Source: Gemmatimonadales bacterium (GTDB lineage Bacteria > Gemmatimonadota > Gemmatimonadetes > Gemmatimonadales > GWC2-71-9). From it: DNA of 64,000 nucleotides. The DNA is taken from assembly GCA_038321865.1 (NCBI GenBank), contig JBBQFH010000001.1, forward strand, positions 1 through 64,000, in the 5' to 3' direction. Under the pieces are notes generated by a model. It was not told the origin of the DNA. It saw nothing but the letters and a program-made list of their open reading frames with translations, and ran no database searches. The position numbers and the translations under genes are program-made. Position 1 is the stretch's first letter. Each line of letters opens with the position of its first letter. Positions 9,970 to 18,677 of the stretch are shown one piece after another.

Positions 9970-10619
9970 GGCCGGCGGACGGCTTCGGGGGATACCGGAG
10001 CCGGCTGGTTGCCACACTGCAGGAGAAAGGCATTCGGAATCTGTCGGTGCTCCACGCCGTGGGTCAGGTGCCGCGGCACCTGTTCGTTCCGGCCAGCGTG
10101 CGGCACCGGGCATACGAGGATGCCGCGCTTCCGATCGACAGCGGCCAGACGATTTCCCAGCCATACATTCAGGCGCTTTACCTGGAAGTCATCGGGTTGA
10201 CCGGCGGTGAGAAGGTGCTGGAAATCGGCACCGGTTCGGGCTACCAGACCGCGCTGCTCAGCCTGCTGGCCGCCAGCGTCTTCAGCGTCGAGCGGATCGG
10301 TACACTTGCCCAGACGGCGCGCGCCGCCCTGGATGCGGCGGGCGCACGCAACATCTCGGTCTTCGTAGGAGACGGGACGCTGGGGTGGCGGCCGTATGCC
10401 CCCTACGATGCGATCCTGGTCTCGGCGGCATCGCCGGACGTCCCTCAGCCGTTGATCGATCAGCTGGCGCCGGGCGGACGCATGGTAATTCCGATCGGCG
10501 ACCGCCACGTGCAGACACTCACCGTCGTCCGCCGCGAGGGGGAGCAGCTGTCGACCACGACCGCGGGTGACGCCCGTTTCGTCCCCCTGCTCGGACAATT
10601 CGGCTTCAGGGACCCATGA
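9951..10619 (+). CDS. pcm: Protein-L-isoaspartate O-methyltransferase
   Basis: VPRHLFV, GQTISQP, LEIGTGSGYQ and RFVPL; follows surE as usual. Confidence 0.95.
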   Translation: MASGGVGPADGFGGYRSRLVATLQEKGIRNLSVLHAVGQVPRHLFVPASVRHRAYEDAALPIDSGQTISQPYIQALYLEVIGLTGGEKVLEIGTGSGYQTALLSLLAASVFSVERIGTLAQTARAALDAAGARNISVFVGDGTLGWRPYAPYDAILVSAASPDVPQPLIDQLAPGGRMVIPIGDRHVQTLTVVRREGEQLSTTTAGDARFVPLLGQFGFRDP

Positions 10620-11242
10620 TCGGGCACTTCATTCACTGGCTGATCGCGACGATCGGGGCGCTCGGCTATCCCGGCCTCGTCGCGCTCATGGCGATCGAGT
10701 CGTCGGTGCTGCCGCTCCCGAGCGAGCTCATCATGCCGCCGGCGGGTTATCTGGCGGCCAAGGGCTCGATGAGCGCCCCTCTCGTAGTCCTCGCCGGCAC
10801 GCTGGGCAGCGTGCTCGGCGCGCTGGTGAACTATTTCGTCGCCGTCCGGGTGGGCGAGCCGATGCTCCGGCGATACGGCCGGTATGTGCTGATCACCCCG
10901 CCGGCGCTCGACCGTACCGCGGCATTCTTCCGGCGCCACGGCGAAGTCAGCACGCTGGTCGGGCGCCTGCTGCCGGTGATCCGCCACCTGATATCCATTC
11001 CGGCCGGCCTCTGCCGGATGTCGCTTGGGCGGTTCGCGGCGTTCACAGCCATCGGGGCGGGGATCTGGTGCACCGTGCTCACGATGATCGGCTGGGTCAT
11101 CGGCCGGCACGAAGGCGAATTGCGTGAGGCGGCCGTCCACGGGTACACGGTGCGGGCGCTGACATGGATCCTGCCTGCGGTGGCGGTGCTGCTGATCGCG
11201 TACGTCATCTGGTATCGGCGGCGGGCCAAGCGACCGACGTGA
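10616..11242 (+). CDS. DedA-family membrane protein
   Basis: [17 protein letters not shown] and [16 protein letters not shown]. Confidence 0.92.
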   Translation: MIGHFIHWLIATIGALGYPGLVALMAIESSVLPLPSELIMPPAGYLAAKGSMSAPLVVLAGTLGSVLGALVNYFVAVRVGEPMLRRYGRYVLITPPALDRTAAFFRRHGEVSTLVGRLLPVIRHLISIPAGLCRMSLGRFAAFTAIGAGIWCTVLTMIGWVIGRHEGELREAAVHGYTVRALTWILPAVAVLLIAYVIWYRRRAKRPT

Positions 11243-11511
11243 CTGCGCACCGTTTCCTGGTGACCGGCCGGGTGCAGGGGGTGGGGTTCCGCTGGTTTGT
11301 GGGGCAGCTCGCCAGCGGGCTCGGCATTCGGGGTCACGCGCGCAACCTGCCGGACGGGAGTGTGGAGGTAGTGGCCGCGGGCCCGGCGGAGGCGATCGAG
11401 CAGCTGGCCAATGCGCTGGCCGCCGGTCCGCCCGGCGCGCGGGTGGTGCGGGTCGAACGAAACGCTGGCCCGGAGGAGGGCACAATTCCCCCGGGGTTTG
11501 TGACGCGGTAG
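11239..11511 (+). CDS. acyP: Acylphosphatase
   Basis: GRVQGVGFR and [14 protein letters not shown] overlap with the upstream stop. Confidence 0.92.
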   Translation: MTAHRFLVTGRVQGVGFRWFVGQLASGLGIRGHARNLPDGSVEVVAAGPAEAIEQLANALAAGPPGARVVRVERNAGPEEGTIPPGFVTR

Positions 11512-11524
11512 ATTGTCGCCTGCC

Positions 11525-11598
11525 GCCCCCGTAGCTCAGGTGGATAGAGCAGCGGTTTCCTAAACCGTTGGCCGGGCGTTCGAGTCGCCCCGGGGGCA
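11525..11598 (+). tRNA. tRNA-Arg(CCT); CCA not encoded
   Basis: Acceptor stem GCCCCCG/CGGGGGC, anticodon arm GCGGT-TTCCTAA-ACCGT, T-arm GGGCGTTCGAGTCGCCC. Confidence 0.95.
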
Positions 11599-11624
11599 TG
11601 AGCGAAGCCAGGTTCGATAGCCGG

Positions 11625-11652
11625 TTGTAGGCGTGCCCGATCCTGTTAAATT
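11625..11652 (+). promoter_or_regulatory. Probable sigma70 promoter with extended -10
   Basis: TTGTAG-N16-TAAATT with TG immediately upstream (TGnTAAATT). Confidence 0.45.
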
Positions 11653-11697
11653 TCGCCGGGTACGTCAGAGAGAATCATCCACCTTCTCGGGACACGC

Positions 11698-12363
11698 ATG
11701 GCGACGACCGTGGAACAAACCAGCACGCCGCAATCTCCGGTTCCAGCCGCCTCGCTGCCGATCCATCGGCGGCTCGGACAGCGGGGACTGCTGATCGCGG
11801 GCGGCGCCGTGGTCCTGGTGGCGCTGGTCGCGTGGGGATTCGTCGTCAGCGGCAGCCGGAAGACTGAGTACGGGGCCAGGGCGCTGGACGAGGCCCGTTC
11901 AGTCGCGGAAAGCGGCAACCTTCCGCAGGCGTCGGCGGCGCTGCAGCGCGTGATCCAGGCGTTTCCCGGGACGCCGGCCGCGGAAGAAGCGGTGCTGACG
12001 CTGAACCAGGTCCGGCTGATCAACGGCCAGAGTGAACTGGCGGCGGTCAACCTGAAGGAATTCCTGGGTGCGAAGCATGACCCGGCCTACGTGACGGCGG
12101 CGAACGCCATGCTGGGCGCGGCACTCGAGAACGCGAACCGGACTACAGAGGCCGCCGAGGCGTACAAGGCCGCGGCGGGCGCGACCGACGTCGATTATCT
12201 GAAGGCAGAGTATCTGGTGGATGCCGGGCGGGCGTATGGCAATGCCGGCAAGCTGGCCGAGGCCCGGGCCGCGTTCCAGCAGGTGGCGGACAAGTATCCC
12301 AAGACCACGAGCATGACGGAGGCGCAGGTGCGGCTGGCGGAGTTGCAGGCCGCGCAGCCCTAG
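11698..12363 (+). CDS. Membrane-anchored TPR protein (YfgM/CpoB-like)
   Basis: One N-terminal hydrophobic segment followed by TPR helices (FQQVADKYPKT). Confidence 0.75.
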   Translation: MATTVEQTSTPQSPVPAASLPIHRRLGQRGLLIAGGAVVLVALVAWGFVVSGSRKTEYGARALDEARSVAESGNLPQASAALQRVIQAFPGTPAAEEAVLTLNQVRLINGQSELAAVNLKEFLGAKHDPAYVTAANAMLGAALENANRTTEAAEAYKAAAGATDVDYLKAEYLVDAGRAYGNAGKLAEARAAFQQVADKYPKTTSMTEAQVRLAELQAAQP

Positions 12364-12390
12364 GCGTCCGGGGGAATCGGCGGGTCGGTG

Positions 12391-12420
12391 GCCTCGCGCG
12401 TCTGCGCGGGGCTTTCTTGT
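12391..12420 (+). terminator. Intrinsic terminator
   Basis: GCCTCGCGC-gtct-GCGCGGGGC followed by TTTCTTGT. Confidence 0.7.
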
Positions 12421-12472
12421 GTCCGGGGGGCAGTCAGGCGGCGTGGGGCTGCCTGCCTTTGTGGTGCATTTA

Positions 12473-12500
12473 ACGACGTATAAGATATGTTATGTTAAGT
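12473..12500. other. dif site (XerC/XerD chromosome dimer resolution site)
   Basis: ACGACGTATAA-GATATG-TTATGTTAAGT has the 11-6-11 layout. The right arm differs from the E. coli XerD arm TTATGTTAAAT at one position. It is intergenic and lies at the gene-orientation convergence point. Confidence 0.88.
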
Positions 12501-12505
12501 TGCCG

Positions 12506-12524
12506 TGGGGATAACTGTGGAGAA
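12506..12524 (-). promoter_or_regulatory. Two tandem DnaA-box-like 9-mers
   Basis: TGGGGATAA (12506-12514) and TGTGGAGAA (12516-12524), each one mismatch from TGTGGATAA. Confidence 0.5.
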
Positions 12525-12599
12525 CCCGGCTTTCCATCGGTTCCCCATCGGTATCACGCTGTCAGGAAGAGGTTTACAACGGTTGGCGGAGACCGTAGA

Positions 12600-13418
12600 T
12601 CAGGCGAGCACACCCTCGAACACCAGCCGCCCTTCGCCGCCGAGCCAGACATCCCGCATCACGCCGGCGTCGAGCCGCCCCGCTACGGTCAGCAAGGCGC
12701 CGCCGCGCGAGACGAAGCTCGCCGGCAGCGTGGCCTGCCCTGCCGCCGCCATGGCCGCCGCGGCCGCCACTGTGCCGGTCCCGCAGGCCAGCGTCTCGCC
12801 CTCGACGCCGCGCTCGAAGGTGCGGATCCGCCAGGGCAATCCCGGGCTCGGTGGCGCGCTCACGAAGTTCGCGTTCGCGCCCGCCGCCCCGACCGCCGGA
12901 TGATGCCGCAGCTCGCGGCCGCGACGCGCCAGGTCGACCCGGTCGACGTCCTCCACCTGGATGACCAGATGCGGCACCCCGACCGTGGCCAGCGCGAACG
13001 TCCGCTCGCCGGCCTCCGGCACGATCGTCGGCACCGGCCCCGGCACCGGAAAGTCAGCCAGGTTGACCTCAGCGCGCTCGCCTGGGTCCAGTGAGCGGGT
13101 ACGATAGGTCCCGGCGTCGGTGACCAGCCGCATCGCCTCAGGCGGCGCCATGCCCAGGCGCGCAGACAGGCGCGTACTGCAGAGCGCCGCGTTGCCGCAC
13201 ATGGCCGCCCGTGAGCCGTCCGAGTTGAAGAAGGTCATCCGGACGGACCCGGCATCCATCGGCGTGAGAACCACCAGCCCATCCGCCCCGACCCCGTGGC
13301 GCCGCTCGCAGACCCGGACGATCTGCTCAGGCGGCCAGTCCCCCGGCGGCGACACCCGACCGTCCAGCACGATGAAGTCGTTGCCGGAGCCGCTCATCTT
13401 GAAGAACGGCGTTGCCAT
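12600..13418 (-). CDS. dapF: Diaminopimelate epimerase
   Basis: KMSGSGNDF, GVGADG, MCGNAALC and ERGVEGETLACGTG. Confidence 0.95.
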   Translation of the reverse strand: MATPFFKMSGSGNDFIVLDGRVSPPGDWPPEQIVRVCERRHGVGADGLVVLTPMDAGSVRMTFFNSDGSRAAMCGNAALCSTRLSARLGMAPPEAMRLVTDAGTYRTRSLDPGERAEVNLADFPVPGPVPTIVPEAGERTFALATVGVPHLVIQVEDVDRVDLARRGRELRHHPAVGAAGANANFVSAPPSPGLPWRIRTFERGVEGETLACGTGTVAAAAAMAAAGQATLPASFVSRGGALLTVAGRLDAGVMRDVWLGGEGRLVFEGVLA

Positions 13419-14233
13419 CAGAGCCGCCCGACCAGTGTCCGGAGACGAAGCCACCAGACCATCCAGATCGCCTCGCGGACGATCCGCTTGTTCATCTTGC
13501 TCTGCCCCTCGATCCGGTCCGTGAACACGATCGGGATCTCGACCAGGCGGAACCCCTTCCGCCAGGCGCGGTAACTCATCTCGATCTGGAAGGCATACCC
13601 GTTGGAGCGAACCCGTGAGAAATCAATCGCTTCAAGGACCTGTCTTCGAAAGCACTTGAAGCCGCCAGTCGAGTCGGTAATCGGGAGCCCCGTGACCCAG
13701 CGAGCGTACTGGTTGGCACCGATGGAGAGGAGCAGGCGCGACATCGGCCAGTTGATGACGTTGACCCCGGACTTGTACCGCGAGCCGATCACCAGGTCGG
13801 CCGTTTCGGCCGCTTGGAGGAACTGCGGCAAAAACTTCGGATCGTGGGAGAAGTCGGCGTCCATCTCGAAGACCAGGTCATACCCGTGCTCGAGCGCCCA
13901 GCCGAACCCGGCAAGATACGCCTTCCCCAGCCCCGCCTTGGCTGTCCGGTGCAGGACATGGACACGCGGCTCCGCCGTCGCGAGCTCGTCCGCGATCGCG
14001 CCGGTGCCGTCGGGCGAGTTGTCGTCCACCACGAGGATCTCGATGCGCGGATCCTGCTGCAGGATCGGGGGCACGATCACCGGCAGGTTCTGCCGCTCGT
14101 TGTACGTCGGCACGACGACAAGTACGCGGTTGGTCACGGCGACGGCTGTCTCCGGCCCCGCGCCGGCCGGAGCGGCGAGGGACGACGCGGATGAAGGGAC
14201 CGGCGGCGGGACGGCCGGCTCACTCGTGCCCAT
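13418..14233 (-). CDS. Polyprenol-monophosphomannose synthase-like GT2 (DPM1-like)
   Basis: VVVPTYNE, VDDNSPDGT, EMDADFSHDP and SNGYAFQIE. Start is uncertain. Confidence 0.9.
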   Translation of the reverse strand: MGTSEPAVPPPVPSSASSLAAPAGAGPETAVAVTNRVLVVVPTYNERQNLPVIVPPILQQDPRIEILVVDDNSPDGTGAIADELATAEPRVHVLHRTAKAGLGKAYLAGFGWALEHGYDLVFEMDADFSHDPKFLPQFLQAAETADLVIGSRYKSGVNVINWPMSRLLLSIGANQYARWVTGLPITDSTGGFKCFRRQVLEAIDFSRVRSNGYAFQIEMSYRAWRKGFRLVEIPIVFTDRIEGQSKMNKRIVREAIWMVWWLRLRTLVGRL

Positions 14234-14250
14234 GATGTGGAGTTTCTCGT

Positions 14251-16626
14251 TCAGCGCGCGCGGCGCCAGAGCGGCGCCGCCAGGAGCATGGCCGTCCCCA
14301 CGAGAGCGAGCCAGGTGATGAGACGCCCGGTCTGATAGGCCGCGCTCACGAAGTCGAGCGCGACCGTTTTCGCGCCCGGCGGCAGCGGCACGCTGATCAG
14401 CGCATAATCGCCACGGAGCGTGGACACCGCCTTCCCGTCCACCAGCGCCCTCCAGTCGGGATACCACGTTTCGGCCACGAGCAGATAGGTTGGCCGCGGG
14501 TCCGCGCCGGCGAGCGTGATCCGCATATGGCCGGGCGACCACGACGTCACGCCGGCAGTCGCCGACGCAGCCGCCGGCAGCGCGCCTGTGATCGGCGCGG
14601 GAGCGACTGAGGTCGACTCGGGATACAACACCACTCGGCCGACCGGGAATCTCGTGTCGTTCACGGTAGTGATGATCTGGTCCTCCGGGATCTTGAGCGC
14701 ACCGGAGACGACGCGGGCGTACGGCGGGACGCTGTCGCGCTCGTACAGCATCCCGCTGTCGCCGGGTGTCACCGCGACCGGGCCCAGCACGCGGTGGAAC
14801 CCGGGGATGTCCTGCGCGGCCTCCGAGCGGATGACGACGTAGCGGACCGCCCACACGTCCCACAGCGCGGCGTTCGTCATGTTCCGATACTCGTTCTTGC
14901 CGCCCCAGAGATCGTCGTAGAATCGTTCTTCATTCCCATGATAGCCGAACGTGGACTGCACGCGCTTGGCCATCAGGAAGGACCCGGGATAGACGGGGGG
15001 CAGATTGACGGTGTTCGAAGGCGCCGCATCGAACACGCGGAACGGCGGCCGCTCCAGCCGGAGCCGTGCCGTGATCGCATCATCGGCGAACAACTGCTCG
15101 GCGGAGCCGCTGTAGTGGAAGAAGAGCCGGTCGATGCTCCACAGGTCGCCGCCGATGAGCAGGGCCAGCGTCGCGGCGGCGACCGCGCCACGAAGGCGCC
15201 CGGCGGCGATCGCCCACAGCGCGCCCCCGCCGACGATGGCAAGCACGAGCAGCCGCAGCGATCCGCCGACCAGGGCCGGCGCGTTCGCGGCAGCCCGCTC
15301 CGCCATTCGCGGGTCGACCATCGACTGCGCGACAGACTGGAGGAGGCCCGCGATTCCCAGCACGGCGAGCAAGCCGAGGATACCGACGCCGATCACCGCC
15401 CTGCCCGGCCGCACCTCACGGCGGAGCAGCCGGTCCACGCCGAACGCCGCGAAGATCGACACCGGCAGTGCCACCAGGAAGAACGCCATGCCGGGGGCGC
15501 GCACCTTCTTCATGCCCGGCATGACCTCGTACCAGAGGCGATAGAACGGCGTATGCCCGCCAAAGGCGATCAGCAGGAACAGGATGGCGATGCCACCCAG
15601 CGCCCACACCGTCCGCCGGCGCGACCGGTCCACGAGGCCGATCGCCGCGAGCGCGACCACCGCGACGCCGAGGTATTCGGTATGCGACTTGAAGAAATTG
15701 TTGCCCCAGTACGCGTCCAGCAGGCCGTTGAACTGCGGCAACACGGTGACCAGGAGCTCGGTCGGCTGAAAGGCGTAGCTGGTGGCGTACTCCCAGCCGC
15801 TGCTCGGCCCGGTCGACGCGGCGCGGGCGGAGAACGGCAGGTAGTGCAGGAAGGGCAGCAGCTGGATCGCGGCGATCCCGACGCCCAGCAGCACCGCACC
15901 GAACGCGAAGCCGAGGTAGCGCGGCCACCGCTTGCCTTGCGGGCCGTCCGCCGCCCAGAACACCAGATAGAGCGTCCAGATTCCCGCTGCGAGGAAGGCG
16001 TAGTAGCTCATCTGCGGGTGGGGGCTCAGGAGGCAGAGTCCCACGGTCAACGCCGTGAGCCCATACCCCCACACCCGGCCATCGCGCACCGCTCGAACGA
16101 GCGCGAAGAACAACAGCGGCGTGAGCGCCGAGACGAAGAGCTTGCCGTCGTGGCCCGGGCTGACCATCGATGCCAGGATTCCGGTGAGCTCGTAGGCGAG
16201 CCCGCCGCTCAGCGCCGCGGTCCAGCTGACCTTGAGCGCGCGCAGTAGCAGATACGCGAACACGCCGGCGAGCACCAGGTGGAGCGCGAAGCCGAGTCCC
16301 ATCGCCGTCCCGACCGGCATCACCAGCCGGAGCCACGCGGTCGGGTAGAAGATGTCGCCATGCATGGCCCCGACGAACGACATGCCGCCGAACAGGTATG
16401 GATTCCACAGCGGCACGCTGCCGGTCGCCTTGAACATCTCGGCGCCGAAGAGACGGAAGGAATACCCGGCCGTGTACTGGTCGCTCGCCATGCCGCCCAG
16501 AAACTGACCCTGGAGGACGGGCCAGGTGAGCAGCAGGACGACGGCCAGATACACTCCGGCGGCAATTAATCCCGGGTAGCGGGGCTCAAACGGCGGTTCC
16601 ACAGCGGCGGGATCAGGGCTGCGCAC
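14251..16626 (-). CDS. YfhO-family multi-pass membrane protein (putative GT-C fold glycosyltransferase)
   Basis: VPLWNPYLFGG, many transmembrane segments, C-terminal ETWYPDWRALVDG. Start is approximate. Confidence 0.8.
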   Translation of the reverse strand: MRSPDPAAVEPPFEPRYPGLIAAGVYLAVVLLLTWPVLQGQFLGGMASDQYTAGYSFRLFGAEMFKATGSVPLWNPYLFGGMSFVGAMHGDIFYPTAWLRLVMPVGTAMGLGFALHLVLAGVFAYLLLRALKVSWTAALSGGLAYELTGILASMVSPGHDGKLFVSALTPLLFFALVRAVRDGRVWGYGLTALTVGLCLLSPHPQMSYYAFLAAGIWTLYLVFWAADGPQGKRWPRYLGFAFGAVLLGVGIAAIQLLPFLHYLPFSARAASTGPSSGWEYATSYAFQPTELLVTVLPQFNGLLDAYWGNNFFKSHTEYLGVAVVALAAIGLVDRSRRRTVWALGGIAILFLLIAFGGHTPFYRLWYEVMPGMKKVRAPGMAFFLVALPVSIFAAFGVDRLLRREVRPGRAVIGVGILGLLAVLGIAGLLQSVAQSMVDPRMAERAAANAPALVGGSLRLLVLAIVGGGALWAIAAGRLRGAVAAATLALLIGGDLWSIDRLFFHYSGSAEQLFADDAITARLRLERPPFRVFDAAPSNTVNLPPVYPGSFLMAKRVQSTFGYHGNEERFYDDLWGGKNEYRNMTNAALWDVWAVRYVVIRSEAAQDIPGFHRVLGPVAVTPGDSGMLYERDSVPPYARVVSGALKIPEDQIITTVNDTRFPVGRVVLYPESTSVAPAPITGALPAAASATAGVTSWSPGHMRITLAGADPRPTYLLVAETWYPDWRALVDGKAVSTLRGDYALISVPLPPGAKTVALDFVSAAYQTGRLITWLALVGTAMLLAAPLWRRAR

Positions 16627-17554
16627 GCGTGCGCTCCGGTGAAGTGAGGAGAAACGGGGCGGCCGCCCCGAACTGGGCAACGGTCAGCAGCAGCCGGGAC
16701 GCGAGCGCGAGGGCGAGCGCCGTCGGCCCACCGACCGTTCCCTGCAGCATGCTGGTGAACACGGTCTCCCGGACCACCAGGCCGTCGGGCACGCCGAACG
16801 CGAGGAACCCGGCCAGATAGGAGGCCGTGAAGGCCCCGATGGCGCGAGGGATCGTCAGCTCGGGGACACCGAAGAGGCCGCGCGCGAGCAGCCACAACGC
16901 GACACCGTAGCCCAGCCACGCCAGCACATTCGCCGCTGCGCCGAACAAAACCCTGTCCAGCGCGGGAACATCCCCGGTCGCGAGTTCCACGCGCAGCAGC
17001 CGGAGCGCGCGACGCACGAACGGCGGCCACATGAGCAGTGCCACACCAGCCGCGCTGGCCAGCGCGAGGAGCAAAAGAATCAACCGGGCATCGGGAAATG
17101 CGTGCTCGAGCAATGACACGCCAGTCAGGCCAAGCACGCCGGCACCGGTCCCCACCGCCAGGCCCTGCAGCAGCACGGATGAGCTGGTCGCCGCCCAGGG
17201 CGCGATGCCGGCGCGCTGCGCCATCAGCGCCATGCCGGCGATCGCCCAGATCTGCCCCGGAACGTACTTGCCCAGACTCGATACGGTCCAGATCCTCGCG
17301 GCTGGGGCCAGCGCCAGGTGCTGACCCCAGCCGGTGAGCATGACGCGCCACGCCTGGACCAGCAGGGCATACATCAGCCACGTCAGCAGCAGCGATGCGA
17401 CGATCAATGCCGGCCGTACGTGCCACTCGACCGGCTGCGTGCTCAGGCGGGACCAGTTGCGGACGATGCTCCGGCCGGCAACGATCAGAATGACGACCGC
17501 CAGCCCCCACGGCAGCACGCGCCAGCCCCACCTAGCCACGGAGCGCCTCCCCAT
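16613..17554 (-). CDS. Lysylphosphatidylglycerol-synthase TM-domain / flippase-like membrane protein
   Basis: SSLGKYVPG, PDGLVVRE and RLLLT pattern with about 8 TM segments. Confidence 0.75.
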   Translation of the reverse strand: MGRRSVARWGWRVLPWGLAVVILIVAGRSIVRNWSRLSTQPVEWHVRPALIVASLLLTWLMYALLVQAWRVMLTGWGQHLALAPAARIWTVSSLGKYVPGQIWAIAGMALMAQRAGIAPWAATSSSVLLQGLAVGTGAGVLGLTGVSLLEHAFPDARLILLLLALASAAGVALLMWPPFVRRALRLLRVELATGDVPALDRVLFGAAANVLAWLGYGVALWLLARGLFGVPELTIPRAIGAFTASYLAGFLAFGVPDGLVVRETVFTSMLQGTVGGPTALALALASRLLLTVAQFGAAAPFLLTSPERTRAQP

Positions 17555-18674
17555 ACCAGCGCTCACACGCCTCGGCGACTCCGTCGGGACTCAGCAGCGT
17601 GCGCCAGGGCTCCCCTTCGCGGGATGCCTGCTCGCGAGCGTCCGGTGACTCGAGCAGCTCCAGCGTCGCGCTGGCGAGGGCCGCCGCGGCGGGGTTGCAC
17701 CGGCGCCCCGCCCCGCCTTCCGGCACCACATCAAGCACGCCGCCTCCATCGTGGCACGCCACGACCGGCACACCGCACATGAGTGCTTCCGCCGCGGCGA
17801 GCCCGAAGCCTTCGCCACGGGCGGGAAACAGCATGACGTCCGCCGCCATCAGCCAGGCGGGCACCTCGGCCGGCGCCACTGCGCCGGCGAACCTCACGAG
17901 GTGATCGACGCCGCGTTCACGGGCGAGCCGCTCCAACTCCATCCGGGCCGGCCCATCGCCGACGATCGTGAGGCCAAGCTCGCGGCCGCCGTCACGCAGC
18001 GCCGCGATCGTCGCGATCGCGAGATCGATCCGCTTCTGCGCGTTCAGGCGGCCGATCGTAATGACGCCGCCACCGCCGGGCCCGGGGCTGTAGCGCCCGG
18101 TCTCAACGGGCATCGCCCGGATGTGATCGCCGGGGATCGGCCGGCCCACCGCGCCGGCGATGCGTTGAGCCATTGCGCTGGACACCGTCGTCACGACGCT
18201 GGTGCGCCGGAAGACGGGACGCGCAAGCATCCGGGCGAAAGCGGAGCGGTGCAGAATCGCGACATCGGTGCCGTGGCAGGTGAGGACGGTTCGCGCCGGG
18301 GCGGGACTCGCCCATCCGGCCGGGACCCACCAGTGCGCATGGATCAGGTCGGCGCCGGCCGCCAGCTCGTCGGCGGCGGCACGGCGCATGGCCCGCCAGA
18401 GCCCGCGAAAAGCGAGGATGCCGGCCGGGCTCCGGAGCGCCGAGACCACGGTGCCTCGATAGGCGATTGTTTCGTGTGCAGCGGACGCGTACCGCACGCG
18501 CCGGATCCGGACCCCTGCCCGGGATTCGTCGCCACCCGTGCCGCCGTCGCTGGGCGCCAGCACCGTCACCTCGGTGCCCCGCCGGACCAGCGCGGCCGCC
18601 AGCGTTTCCAGAAAGGCGCCGGACAGGTCGCCAGCGGCCCGCGGATAGTTGTGGGTCAGGAAGGCGACCCGCAC
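17532..18674 (-). CDS. Glycosyltransferase family 4
   Basis: LIHAHWW, TCHGTD and EGFGLAAAEALMCGVPVV. Confidence 0.9.
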   Translation of the reverse strand: MRVAFLTHNYPRAAGDLSGAFLETLAAALVRRGTEVTVLAPSDGGTGGDESRAGVRIRRVRYASAAHETIAYRGTVVSALRSPAGILAFRGLWRAMRRAAADELAAGADLIHAHWWVPAGWASPAPARTVLTCHGTDVAILHRSAFARMLARPVFRRTSVVTTVSSAMAQRIAGAVGRPIPGDHIRAMPVETGRYSPGPGGGGVITIGRLNAQKRIDLAIATIAALRDGGRELGLTIVGDGPARMELERLARERGVDHLVRFAGAVAPAEVPAWLMAADVMLFPARGEGFGLAAAEALMCGVPVVACHDGGGVLDVVPEGGAGRRCNPAAAALASATLELLESPDAREQASREGEPWRTLLSPDGVAEACERWYGEALRG

Positions 18675-18677
18675 GGG

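Noticed and set aside
12460..12560. oriC interpretation of the AT-rich tract plus DnaA-like boxes
   Set aside because: Genes converge here rather than diverge, no dnaA/dnaN/gyrB is nearby, only two boxes are present, and the AT-rich tract is explained by dif.
12492..13094. Plus-strand ORFs 12492-13094 and 12505-12903
   Set aside because: Antisense shadows of dapF that start within the dif region and have no recognisable motifs.
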